A DNA stretch of 64,000 nt from IMG/VR virus record IMGVR_UViG_3300037316_000027, positions 62,821-126,820 of that record; one strand, 5' to 3'. Position 1 is the first letter of the stretch, and each line of letters opens with the position of its first letter. The notes below the pieces were generated by a model. That model was not told the DNA's origin and made no database searches. It saw only the letters and a program-made list of their open reading frames with translations. This DNA is from a virus. Of the stretch, positions 42,161-51,827 are shown one piece after another. Position numbers and translations under genes: made by a program.

Positions 42161-42670
42161 ATGTCCGATGCCCTGCTTACCGAAATCTCGAAAAAGCTTA
42201 GCGACATTCACGCTACGCTGAAGACCGGGGGCACTCCTGCCGCTGGTGCCAACAAGCCCGCCGCCGCCGCCGTCGCTGGCGCTGCCGTCCCGGATGCTGC
42301 CGCTAAGGCCGCCGCCGCTGCCAAGGTGAAGGCTGCCGCCGAAGCGAAGGCCAAGGCCGAAGCCGAAGCGAAGGCGAAGGCCGCTGCCGCTGCGAAGCCC
42401 GCTGCCGGTCCCGCGTCTGGCACCAAGGCTCCGGGTGGGAAGTACACGGTCGATCAGGTCCGTGAGAAAATCCGCGAAGTCGCGACCAACCCTGCGCTTG
42501 GCAAATCGTCCGCATCCGATATTCTGGATCAGGACGGGGCCGGCGTGAAGTCGGTGAAGGACCTGAAGCCAGAGAACTATGACAAGGTCTATGAAGCGTG
42601 TCAGGTCGCGCTTCAGAGCGAAGGCTCGGCCGCTGCCGCTGCGCCCGCGCCCGAAGATGATTTGATGTAA
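42161..42670 (+). CDS. Ala/Lys-rich linker protein typical of DUF2800/DUF2815/PolA modules
   Basis: Low-complexity linker plus YTVDQVRE..GVKSVKDLKPENY; ends EDDLM. Confidence 0.75.
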   Translation: MSDALLTEISKKLSDIHATLKTGGTPAAGANKPAAAAVAGAAVPDAAAKAAAAAKVKAAAEAKAKAEAEAKAKAAAAAKPAAGPASGTKAPGGKYTVDQVREKIREVATNPALGKSSASDILDQDGAGVKSVKDLKPENYDKVYEACQVALQSEGSAAAAAPAPEDDLM

Positions 42671-42738
42671 GGTGGTTCGTCCTCTTACGGGGGCGGTGCA
42701 TGTGCACCGCCCGACTACCTCTTCGGAAGTTTTGCGCC

Positions 42739-43371
42739 ATGACCGATCTGACTTTTCTCAAGCCGCTTGTCTCCAGCATCTTGCGGGACGAGCACCGTGA
42801 ATGGACCGTGCAGGGCTTCGGCTTCTTGCGGACCTATTTCGGTCCCGCCGACGCGCCCAAGAAATTCCGTCTCAATCTCTGGGATAGTCACTTCACGGTC
42901 CCGAACGTCTCGACCATTCACGATCACCCATGGGACTTCAAGTCCGTGATCGTCGCCGGTCACTTCATCAATCAGCGATACACGATGACGATGAAGCTGC
43001 CCCTTGAAGAAGAGGCGGGTGATAAACTCATATCGGCGGCCCTTCGCGCACGCGGACCGACGCATACATACGGGCTCATCACGACCGGCGTCGGTAGTGA
43101 TTGTACGCCGGTCAACGTCGAGCACTGTCGGCTCGTGCCGCGCGAGAAAGAAGTCTACATTCCCGGCGACTGGTATCGCCAGCGAGCCGACGAAATTCAC
43201 GAGACCCTGTTCGTAGACGGCGCGGTTACGCTCAATGAGCGGGTCGGCGACACCGAACATGCGCGCGTGTTCTGGCCCTACGGGACGGAATGGGTCGATG
43301 CCATGCCGCGCCCGGCCACGCCCTACGAGGTAGCGTCGGCAGTTGATTACAGCTTGAGGGAGTGGTTCTGA
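42739..43371 (+). CDS. Cupin-fold phage protein
   Basis: RLNLW..IHDHPWDFKSVIVAG..IH motif. Confidence 0.6.
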   Translation: MTDLTFLKPLVSSILRDEHREWTVQGFGFLRTYFGPADAPKKFRLNLWDSHFTVPNVSTIHDHPWDFKSVIVAGHFINQRYTMTMKLPLEEEAGDKLISAALRARGPTHTYGLITTGVGSDCTPVNVEHCRLVPREKEVYIPGDWYRQRADEIHETLFVDGAVTLNERVGDTEHARVFWPYGTEWVDAMPRPATPYEVASAVDYSLREWF

Positions 43372-43706
43372 TGCCGCTTCAGGAAAGACAAGCGTCCATA
43401 ATGGGTTCCAGCTTCTACCCGGGAGCTAATGTCCATATCCCGAGGCTCCGACCCGGTCAGCAATTGCGAGTTGAACGCGAGCCCAATAACAAATACGATG
43501 CCAATGCAGTCTCGCTCTACATCTTCAATCAGAAGCTAGGTCATCTCCCGCGCGGTCTCGCTGCTGAGATCGCGCCGCTGATCGATGCGGGCGTGATCGT
43601 CACTGTGCACAAGTCGCGAGACCCGAGGTTCGGAACCTCCGGCGTCGTCGTCGTTCGATGGGAGCTACCCGATGAGCCGCCGATTGTCGCAGGAGAGGAT
43701 CAATGA
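43371..43706 (+). CDS. HIRAN domain protein
   Basis: LRVEREPNNKYDANAV..KLGHLPR..A. Confidence 0.85.
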   Translation: MPLQERQASIMGSSFYPGANVHIPRLRPGQQLRVEREPNNKYDANAVSLYIFNQKLGHLPRGLAAEIAPLIDAGVIVTVHKSRDPRFGTSGVVVVRWELPDEPPIVAGEDQ

Positions 43707-44091
43707 GATCGTCAAGCGCCACCGGCCGCGAGGCTGGCGAGTTCGTCAAAGTAAATATCGATGGGAGTGGGAGAGCGCAGAGGCCGACGACAAACGGCGC
43801 ATCCTCTCGGTCCCGACGCTCAAAGACGATGATAGCCTTTTTCTCTATCTGCACGAAGTTGGCCATGTCAAGCAGGACCATTTTAAGCTCCGGCTTCCAA
43901 AGCATCGTGAAGAGTTTGAGGCCGAGCGCTACGCTCTCCACGTTTTCCGCAACGAGGGCATCCCGGTTACGAAAGCGATCATGAAGGCTGTTCGCGCGCG
44001 CCTGCGCGGATGGATTGACTACGACATCAAGCGCGGTGTAAAGGTACAACATCACATCGCACGTTGGGCTCTACACAATGGATGCAGTTGA
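43672..44091 (+). CDS. HExxH metallopeptidase-like (IrrE/ImmA-like) protein
   Basis: YLHEVGH...EEFEAERYA. Confidence 0.65.
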   Translation: MSRRLSQERINEIVKRHRPRGWRVRQSKYRWEWESAEADDKRRILSVPTLKDDDSLFLYLHEVGHVKQDHFKLRLPKHREEFEAERYALHVFRNEGIPVTKAIMKAVRARLRGWIDYDIKRGVKVQHHIARWALHNGCS

Positions 44092-44921
44092 AAAAGGAAA
44101 GATCGTCAATGCCTGCCCCGAGGGGTGGCGCGTTTTGGCTGTCGCCGTTCCTACTACCGCCCTCCGCATCATCACAGACGATCCCCATCTCATTTTCCGT
44201 GTCGAACAACTTGACCGCCTGCCCGATCGCAGCTACACGTGGCGCGTCGTTTCCACGCATGCTGGTGACGATGCCTTCGAGAGTTACCCTTCGGCGATCA
44301 AGGATATGTTGACGAAGCAGGCCCGGCTCAAGGAGATGATTAAGCTGGCGCAGCACAATGCCCGCATGGCCCAGATCAAAGCGGAGAAGCCCCGTGGCGG
44401 ATAACATCCCCGAGATTGCCAGTGTTCGCCACGTCACCAAGAACCATGTTGTCATTGTGTGCTCGGTTGGCTACAAGGTCGCGGTGTTCAATATCTCCGA
44501 GAGCCGCCAAGCCGAGGCGATCATCACCGCTGACGATGGCTCCGAAACTATCCGCCTGCATTTGGAAGGCCCGACCGACACTCAGGGCATTCAGATCGAC
44601 GGCGACGACCAAGTCATGCATATAACCTACGTGGAGAAACCCAGTGCGTAGGTTCAATCCGAAGAAGGGCGATCTCGTCTACTTCAAATGGGAAGACCAC
44701 TGCTCGTACCACGGCTGCGAGTGGATTTCGTTCAGCAAGATCGGCGAGCGCCTGACGGGCTCGTTCTGCGAGACGGTCGGCTTCGTCGTGGACATCACGT
44801 CGCAGCACATCACGACGGTCGCGCATATCACAGATAACGACGACGGCGAACCCGATGGCAGCCAAGTCGCTACACGTCTCCGAAGGGCCATCATCAAAGG
44901 TACGATCCTCAAGAGGTTCAA

Positions 44922-45272
44922 ATGAGTGAGCTTGTTAAATTTGCTAAGGCCGAGCTTCGTGCGGCCGGCCTGTTCGACGCCGACGCCGACTATGATGGCG
45001 CGGTCGCGGCCAATGTCGTCGCCCTGATGGAGACGTACACGGCCTACGGCCACTCGGGCGAGAGTGCCGCAGTCGTGCTCGCGCTCTTCAACAGGCTCGC
45101 GGCTCACAAGCCGATTACGCCGCTGACCGGCGAAGACGACGAGTGGGGCGAGCTGGGCGAAGCCGACCTGATGCAGAACGTGCGCTGCCCGACCGTGTTC
45201 AAGAAAGAGAACGTCGCATGGGACACCGCTATCGGTCACAAGCCGATCACGTTTCCCTACACAGTGGTATAA
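44922..45272 (+). CDS. Conserved hypothetical phage protein
   Basis: GHSG.SA..KPITPLTGEDDEW..QNVRC pattern. Confidence 0.75.
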   Translation: MSELVKFAKAELRAAGLFDADADYDGAVAANVVALMETYTAYGHSGESAAVVLALFNRLAAHKPITPLTGEDDEWGELGEADLMQNVRCPTVFKKENVAWDTAIGHKPITFPYTVV

Positions 45273-45276
45273 TAAA

Positions 45277-45720
45277 ATGCATTCGATATACGTGATCACG
45301 GCCCCGGATGGGAGGGCCTATGTTGGCCGCACGAGTGGGTTTCCTAGCGCCCGCTTCGAGAAGCACGCTAGAGACAGCTCGCCAATTGGCGTAGCCATCC
45401 GCAAATTTGGCCGAGACGCAATGAAACTGGAAGTTCTCAAGAGCGATGTTCCAGCCAATGAAATTATCGCTCTGGAAGAGCACACAATTAGCGATCTTCG
45501 AACGGTTGTTCCTCATGGATTTAACCGATCTGAGAGCGGCGGCAAGCGCGCCGTTCATGAGGGAAAAAGCATTACCTTAAACCTTAGAACAACAGCCGCA
45601 GTCAAGCAGATGGTTGATGCGCTTGCGAAAGAAGATGAGCGGTCTATTGCTCAGATAGTTGAGCGGCTGATAAAAGCGGCCTACCGTGAGAGCGGTCTTG
45701 ACGTAGAGGATTTGATGTGA
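45277..45720 (+). CDS. GIY-YIG nuclease fused to a ribbon-helix-helix-like domain
   Basis: SIYVITAPDGRAYVGRT; C-term ITLNLRTTAAVKQMVDALAKEDERSIAQIVERLI. Confidence 0.75.
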   Translation: MHSIYVITAPDGRAYVGRTSGFPSARFEKHARDSSPIGVAIRKFGRDAMKLEVLKSDVPANEIIALEEHTISDLRTVVPHGFNRSESGGKRAVHEGKSITLNLRTTAAVKQMVDALAKEDERSIAQIVERLIKAAYRESGLDVEDLM

Positions 45721-46157
45721 TGCAGCGTCCCCGTGTTGAAGCACGTCGAACCGGAAAGCCAAAGTACGTCGGCCGTGTTTGCGCGTGCGGCAGTGCCGAA
45801 CGATATACATCTACCGGCGGGTGCGTCGTTTGCACGCTTACCGAAAGCAAAGCCCGTATTCGATCCCCGCAGTTTAGGATGACGCATCGTGACGCGCAAC
45901 GTGCCAGAAACGCTGTGCTTCGAGGGCATGCCTGTCCGCCGCGAGAGCGCGACTGCCCGCCGCGTCCGGGCCAGTGCGAGAGTTGCGGAGAGCCGGGGCT
46001 TGACCTTCGGCTAGATCACGACCATACCACGGGTGCGTTTCGCGGATGGTGCTGCGACGGTTGCAATACCGGGCTCAAGCTCGCCGACAATCCGCGTCTG
46101 TGTCGGTTGCGAGCACTGTATTTAGAGCGCGCTCTTCAACGATCCGAGGCAGCATAA
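45717..46157 (+). CDS. Endonuclease VII-domain protein
   Basis: CESCG..LRLDHDHTTGAFRGWCCDGCNTGL. Confidence 0.85.
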   Translation: MMQRPRVEARRTGKPKYVGRVCACGSAERYTSTGGCVVCTLTESKARIRSPQFRMTHRDAQRARNAVLRGHACPPRERDCPPRPGQCESCGEPGLDLRLDHDHTTGAFRGWCCDGCNTGLKLADNPRLCRLRALYLERALQRSEAA

Positions 46158-47467
46158 TGGGTGTGCACGCAAAACTTTCCCCGAGTTCATCGCATAGGTG
46201 GATGCACTGTCCGGGCTCCATCGCCTTGATCGGCGATCCGAGTTCGACAACGGGCCAAGCGGCGATGCTCGGCACGGCCGCGCACAAGCTGATCGAAATC
46301 ATGATTATTGCCGGGGCCGAAGATGCCAGCGACTACGCGGGCTCTACCTTCCTTGTGAAGGCAGCCGGCGACGAAGAGACGGAATACTATCCGCCCGGCG
46401 CTCCCGCGCTCGATCCCGAACACGCGCGGCCGGGTTGGTTCATGTTCGTTGCCGACGAGAAGATGATCGAAGGCGTGCAGCAGACGATCGACGAAGTCGG
46501 CCGCATCAAGGAAGAGCGCTACAAGCCGGACATTTATTCCGAAGTCTATATCGATGGTTCATGGCTCGACAGCCGCTTCGGCGGTTCGATCGACGTGCGC
46601 GTCGCCGAACCTTACGGCATGCTCGATATCGTCGATCACAAGAACGGCTACATCATCGTCGAAGCCAAAGACAACGATCAGCTCAAGCAGTACGCGGTTC
46701 TCGCCGCGCATGAGCATCCCGACTGCGAAGGCGTCCGGGTCACGATTTCTCAGCCGCATGCGCCCCACAAGGAAGGAACGATCCGCTCCGATACATTCTC
46801 GATCGACGAGCTGAAGCTCTACGAGATCAGGATGAAGGAGGCGGCCGAAGCGACCGATAAGCCGAATGCCCCGCGCCGCGCTGGCGATTGGTGCCTCTGG
46901 TGCCCGGCCAAGGGACGCTGCCCCGAGTTCGACGAGATGCTGCTCGAAGAGGCTGGTGCCGAATTCCGCGATGACGAACCGCCGGCCCAACTCGCGCTGC
47001 CCAAGAGCACGGAAGAGTTGGCCCACAAGGCGCAATGGCTCTCGGTGATCGAGGCATGGTGCAACAACATCAAGGGTGACATTCAGCGCGAGCTTGAGAA
47101 CGGCAACGCCGTGGGCGATTGGAAACTGGTGCGCGGGAAATCGAAGCGCCGCTTGATTGACCCGATCGAGACGGTGCGCCGCCTGACCACGACCGAGCCG
47201 GACTTGATCGATGGCACTCCCGCGATCGGGCTTGCGGAGGCAGACCTGTACGTCGAACCCAAGCTGAAGACACCCGCTCAGTTGGAGAAGCTCGGTGTCG
47301 GTAAGGAACAACGCAAGCTCGTCAAGCAGGCCATCGGTGAATTGGCGTTCATGCCGAACGGCAAGCTGACGATCGCGCCCGGCTACGATCCGCGCGAAGC
47401 GACCAGCGCCCTTGACGACGCGGTCAATGAGTTTGCTGACGAAGAGGAAGAGGACGACTTCGGATGA
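46157..47467 (+). CDS. DUF2800 Cas4-like PD-(D/E)xK nuclease
   Basis: HAKLSPSSSHRWMHCPGS, GTAAH, GSID..IVDHKNG, QLKQYA, WCLWCPAKGRCP. Confidence 0.88.
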   Translation: MGVHAKLSPSSSHRWMHCPGSIALIGDPSSTTGQAAMLGTAAHKLIEIMIIAGAEDASDYAGSTFLVKAAGDEETEYYPPGAPALDPEHARPGWFMFVADEKMIEGVQQTIDEVGRIKEERYKPDIYSEVYIDGSWLDSRFGGSIDVRVAEPYGMLDIVDHKNGYIIVEAKDNDQLKQYAVLAAHEHPDCEGVRVTISQPHAPHKEGTIRSDTFSIDELKLYEIRMKEAAEATDKPNAPRRAGDWCLWCPAKGRCPEFDEMLLEEAGAEFRDDEPPAQLALPKSTEELAHKAQWLSVIEAWCNNIKGDIQRELENGNAVGDWKLVRGKSKRRLIDPIETVRRLTTTEPDLIDGTPAIGLAEADLYVEPKLKTPAQLEKLGVGKEQRKLVKQAIGELAFMPNGKLTIAPGYDPREATSALDDAVNEFADEEEEDDFG

Positions 47468-48107
47468 TCGTCGTCAGCGTCCAGCTCGTATCCGCGATCC
47501 ACCCGAGCCGCAGCAAGGAGCTGGCCCGGATGGAAATCTGCAACGTCGGCGGCGACGACGAGACCGGCGACTACGACGTGCGGACCCTTCGCGGTCGCGA
47601 TAAGGAACAACTTGACAGGCGCAGCATAACGAGGCAAGGAAAGGTCACCGGGTATCCCCGCCTCGCCATTCACGTGTGGCATCTCGTTTCTGAGGCCCTG
47701 AAGGCAGTTGGCTACGATCGGAGACCTAATCTAAAATGACCCACGGAGAATGGAAGCCATGAAACCGACAAACACTCGCGCTGCTACGCATCTCTTCGCG
47801 AAGCCCGCGAACTGGAACAGCGAGAAGGACGGCGAGTGCGGTGATCTGATCGTGCGTGCCGAGACCTACGGCAAGAGCGAGATCGTTCAGCTCGTGAGCA
47901 CATGGAAGCCGAGCGAGGCCGAACTTGTGATGCTTCAGAACGGCGGCGTGATCGAAGTCTCGCTCTGCACTCCGTCTCAGCCCGCGATGGCAGTGGCCGT
48001 CGTCGAGCCCTTCATCCTCGATCGAGAGCCCGTGTCGAGCAGCTTGACCGACACCGATCAAGTTACACTTGACAAGGTAGTCACGATCAACGAGGAAGCC
48101 CACGGTC

Positions 48108-48677
48108 ATGGTGGGGCATGATGAGCACGGCCCGGCGTATCCGGAGCCTGACGATGATTACATCGACCACAAGAGCACGCGATGCGACAGCCGCACCGTG
48201 TGGGACAAAATTCTGTCAGCCGCGTTCGCCGCGCTGATATTGGGCACCCTGTTCTGGCTCTTCACGCCCCACCCCGCTCCGGCGTTCGATCACGGCTTCG
48301 ATCCGCTTGCGCCGACCACAATTTGGATGGGGAGCCTTATCCAGCCGGCCAACCCGCCCGGACCATGCTGCGGGAAAGCCGACGCCTATCAGGCCGACAC
48401 GTATCGCCGCAACAGAGACGGATCGTACACAGTCACGATCACGGACGGGTCTGCGGTAGAGTTTCCGGATGGCGGCCATCGCACGCCGCTCGCGGACGGC
48501 ACTGTGATCGAAGTCCCGGCGAACCATGTCAATCCGCCGACCGAACAGGCGGGCAACCCGACTGGGCACGCTTGGATTTTCCTATCGGTCTACGGCATCG
48601 TCGGCGAGGATGGCGTCGAGAGCCAGACGACGCCGGGCACGATCTATTGTTTTGTGCCGCTGCCCGAAGGCTTCTGA
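48108..48677 (+). CDS. Membrane/secreted Cys-containing phage protein
   Basis: TM segment, CCGKAD..NPTGHAWI..YCFVP. Confidence 0.7.
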   Translation: MVGHDEHGPAYPEPDDDYIDHKSTRCDSRTVWDKILSAAFAALILGTLFWLFTPHPAPAFDHGFDPLAPTTIWMGSLIQPANPPGPCCGKADAYQADTYRRNRDGSYTVTITDGSAVEFPDGGHRTPLADGTVIEVPANHVNPPTEQAGNPTGHAWIFLSVYGIVGEDGVESQTTPGTIYCFVPLPEGF

Positions 48678-48827
48678 CAATGGCTTGCGAAGCGTGCGAG
48701 CGCCGTCGCAAGGAGATGGCGCTTCTGATGGAGGCGGCCAAGGAGTGGGCGGACGGCCCACTAGGACCGACCATCCGAGAGATTTATTCGCGACTTCGCA
48801 GTGAGGCGGTAGCGCGTGGGGAATTAG

Positions 48828-49448
48828 ATGGAACTGTTCGACCGAATTCTTGAACTCTTCATCACGGTCGTTCTGATCGTCGGGGGGTATCAATTTTACT
48901 TCTGGGCTCAGCGGCAGACGTTCTTCGACGCGCGCTACTTCGAGATGGCATGGGATCGGCGCATCAACTTCAACCCACGCTGGGTTTGGATTTACTCCGG
49001 TCTGTACTATCCGATGATCCTGCTCGCCGCGCTCAGCGTGCCGTCGTGGCAGGCCTACGCCTACGCTGTAGGCTGCTTCCTGAGCTTGCTGGCGATACAG
49101 GTGACGTTCTTCGTACTGTGGCCAGTAGCCATCCCTGCGGCTTGGCGAGCCCATGAGCACATCGTGGCGGCGCGCGGGACGCATCCCCACTCCATGCGGA
49201 TGCTAGACTTTGTCTGGAGCTACGACAAGCTCCGCAACAGCCTGCCGAGCATGCACGTCAGCGTCGCGATGATGGTCGATCTCACGATCTGGGCCAACTG
49301 GCCGGCGGCCGGATATGTCGGCGGTCTCTTTCCGCTGCTGATCGCAACGTCGGCTCTCAAGACAAAGCAACACTATTGCGTCGATGTAATTCCGGGTGCT
49401 ATATTGGGGTCTATCGTCTTCTTTGGCTGGCACTACTTCATCCCATGA
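48828..49448 (+). CDS. PAP2-superfamily integral membrane phosphatase/phosphotransferase (Aur1/Ipt1-like)
   Basis: Multiple TM helices; NSLPSMHV and KQHYCVDVIPG motifs. Confidence 0.8.
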   Translation: MELFDRILELFITVVLIVGGYQFYFWAQRQTFFDARYFEMAWDRRINFNPRWVWIYSGLYYPMILLAALSVPSWQAYAYAVGCFLSLLAIQVTFFVLWPVAIPAAWRAHEHIVAARGTHPHSMRMLDFVWSYDKLRNSLPSMHVSVAMMVDLTIWANWPAAGYVGGLFPLLIATSALKTKQHYCVDVIPGAILGSIVFFGWHYFIP

Positions 49449-49936
49449 TCTCCCAAGTGTATCTGAAATCGATCCTGCGCTACGACCCGCTGACTGGCGA
49501 GTGGACGTGGCGCACTCACGTCTATCGGTCCAAGATGTATGCAGGCGACCGTGCGGGCTACTTCGATGGCCGCTACAATCTCATCACGATAGATCATCAG
49601 GCGTACTCTGCGGCGTCGTTGGCGTTCTTATACATGACTGGCGAATGGCCAGATCAGGAAGTCGATCATCGAGATCACGACGGCGGCAATGATCGCTGGC
49701 GCAATCTTCGTCCCGCCAACGAGAGCCAAAACAAAATGAACCGCCGCCGCATGAAGAACAACACAACTGGCTTCAAATGGGTTAGCTGGCACGTTGGGCG
49801 CAAGATGTTCATTGCGTCCGTGTCCCGCGACAAAAAGCGGAAACATCTGGGCTACTACTTGACAGCACGTGAGGCATATGAAATAGCTCAGACGTATGCT
49901 GAAGGTGCGCACGGGCGCTTCTTTACGGGAGTTTGA
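49445..49936 (+). CDS. HNH endonuclease with AP2-like domain
   Basis: LRYDPLTG..YMTGEWP..VDHRD..NDRWRNLR..NTTGFKWV..HLGYY..A. Confidence 0.88.
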   Translation: MISQVYLKSILRYDPLTGEWTWRTHVYRSKMYAGDRAGYFDGRYNLITIDHQAYSAASLAFLYMTGEWPDQEVDHRDHDGGNDRWRNLRPANESQNKMNRRRMKNNTTGFKWVSWHVGRKMFIASVSRDKKRKHLGYYLTAREAYEIAQTYAEGAHGRFFTGV

Positions 49937-50673
49937 GATGGCCAATGAAATTACAACGCGCGGCTTTGCCGGAACTGAGCCTGTTAAACTCGGTAGTCTC
50001 AAACCCGGAACGCTTATCTGCGGCCCCGGAGACAATGCGCATGTCGCGTACATAAAACTTGATCACAACCGATGCGCTGATCTGGGCACTGGGAAAATCG
50101 TGCCGCTTAACGGGGGCGCGGACGTTGTCCCCCTAAACTTTGTCGAACTTATAGGAGGAAAGTGATGGCGAAGCTCAACAAGAAATTCGTTGCTCCGAAA
50201 CAGCCCGGGCCGGTGGTAGAGGCCGACACGTCCAATGTCTATACGATGGAATTGGACCGTCTGCTCTCGGACGCGAAATACGACGAGAAAGATTTCGCGA
50301 TCCTGATCAGTCAGAAGCTCCCCAAGCTCTCCCTTGAGCAGTCGTTGATCCTCCGAGCCCTCGCGGTCTCGTTCTGCCGACACGGCGCTGGGAAGGCCCC
50401 GAAGCCAGAGCCAGTCGTGAAGTCAAAATCAAATGCCGCTGAGAAGATACAGGCGCGCATGGCACGGGATGCGCGAGCCCTCGCCGCGCTCGCCGAAGCG
50501 AAGGAAGAAGTCAAGAGCCGGTTCCTCATGACAATCACCCCTGATATGACGATGGATCAGCTATGGACCATCTGCGGCAAAGGCCAGAAGCTCGGCAAGA
50601 AGGGCGACAAGTCTTTGGTGGTCGATAATTACACCAAGGGTCAACTCGCGAAGGCCGGGCTCGGGCTGATCGA

Positions 50674-51747
50674 GTGACCTCGCTTGCCGAAAGAGCACGG
50701 GAGCACGGGTTGCGCCCGGACCTTGTCGTAGATCGGAAGCGACGCGGTTGGCCCGAAGAACAGTGGTTCATTCCGCCCGGCCCAAGACAGCCGCGTCCCG
50801 ATAACGGGAGGCTCGCCGAAAGGGCACGTGAGCGCGGGCTCCTTCCGCAAATTGTATATAATCGGAAGCGGGCGGGCTGGCCCGAAGAGCTATGGTTCGT
50901 GCCGCCTATACCACAGTCTGAGACCGCAAAGCGAGTGAACGCCGTTCGGTGGTCAAATGGCTCGCTATCCGAGAGGGCGCGGGAGCATGGGCTCTCTCGG
51001 GGAATTGTATATAATCGGAAGCGGTCGGGCTGGCCCGAAGAGCTATGGTTCGTGCCGCCTATACCACAGTCTGAGACCGCAAAGCGGGGGAACGCCGCCA
51101 AAAATGATTTGCCTATTCGAAAAGTCAATCGCTTGATTGCTGGGCTCGCGATTGAGAGCGGCATTGATCCTCAACTGGCGATAGTGCGTGTACGACGTGG
51201 GGAGAGTATTCATATTGCATGTTCAACTCCACCCGAAAGGCGCGCGAATGCTAAATCCGGTCAAACGGGTTCGCTCTCCGAAAGGGCACGGGAGCACGGA
51301 TTGCGCCCAGACCTCCCCCTATCCCGGAGAGCCGCAGGCTGGCCCGAAGAGCTATGGTTCGTGCCGCCCTTATCATCTTCTGAGACTGTAGAACGGATGC
51401 GCGCTGCAAGTCGAACAGACGCGGGCAACCCGGTTCGCGGGTCACTATCTGAAAGGGCGCGTGAGCACGGGCTCTCTCGGGGAATTGTCCATAAGCGGAA
51501 AGTCGCGGGCTGGCCCGAAGAGTTATGGTTCGTGCCGCCGTTATCCGCGCTCGAAGCTACTAAGCGCGCCCACAATGTCCAATCGGAAAACTCCCTCTCT
51601 AAAAGAGCACGGGAGCACGGATTGCGCCCAGACCTCCCCTTATCCCGGAGAGCCGCAGGCTGGCCCGAAGAGCTATGGTTCGTGCCGCCCCTATCCCGCT
51701 CTGAGGTCCTAAAGCGCGCCTGCAAAGCCCATGAAAATAGCTGTTGA
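50674..51747 (+). CDS. Tandem HTH-like repeat protein (6 full plus 1 degenerate repeats)
   Basis: SL(S/A)ERAREHGL-x10-xGWPEELWFVPP repeated; repeats also visible at DNA level. Confidence 0.8.
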   Translation: MTSLAERAREHGLRPDLVVDRKRRGWPEEQWFIPPGPRQPRPDNGRLAERARERGLLPQIVYNRKRAGWPEELWFVPPIPQSETAKRVNAVRWSNGSLSERAREHGLSRGIVYNRKRSGWPEELWFVPPIPQSETAKRGNAAKNDLPIRKVNRLIAGLAIESGIDPQLAIVRVRRGESIHIACSTPPERRANAKSGQTGSLSERAREHGLRPDLPLSRRAAGWPEELWFVPPLSSSETVERMRAASRTDAGNPVRGSLSERAREHGLSRGIVHKRKVAGWPEELWFVPPLSALEATKRAHNVQSENSLSKRAREHGLRPDLPLSRRAAGWPEELWFVPPLSRSEVLKRACKAHENSC

Positions 51748-51772
51748 CAACATGGTTAATCTACGTTAACCA
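51744..51772 (+). promoter_or_regulatory. Promoter-like sequence for the SSB gene containing TTAA-N6-TTAAC
   Basis: TTGACAacatggTTAAtctacgTTAACca. Confidence 0.5.
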
Positions 51773-51827
51773 CACCGTTGCCAAGTCCACCATCAATCAT
51801 ATCACATCACATCGAAAGGACATTGAC

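Noticed and set aside
46157-47467. Cas4-like nuclease as a sign of a CRISPR system
   Set aside because: No repeat-spacer array or other cas genes; the context (DUF2815, PolA) is the standard phage replication module
50674-51747. DNA repeats as a CRISPR array
   Set aside because: Repeats are in-frame coding units of one ORF with synonymous variation
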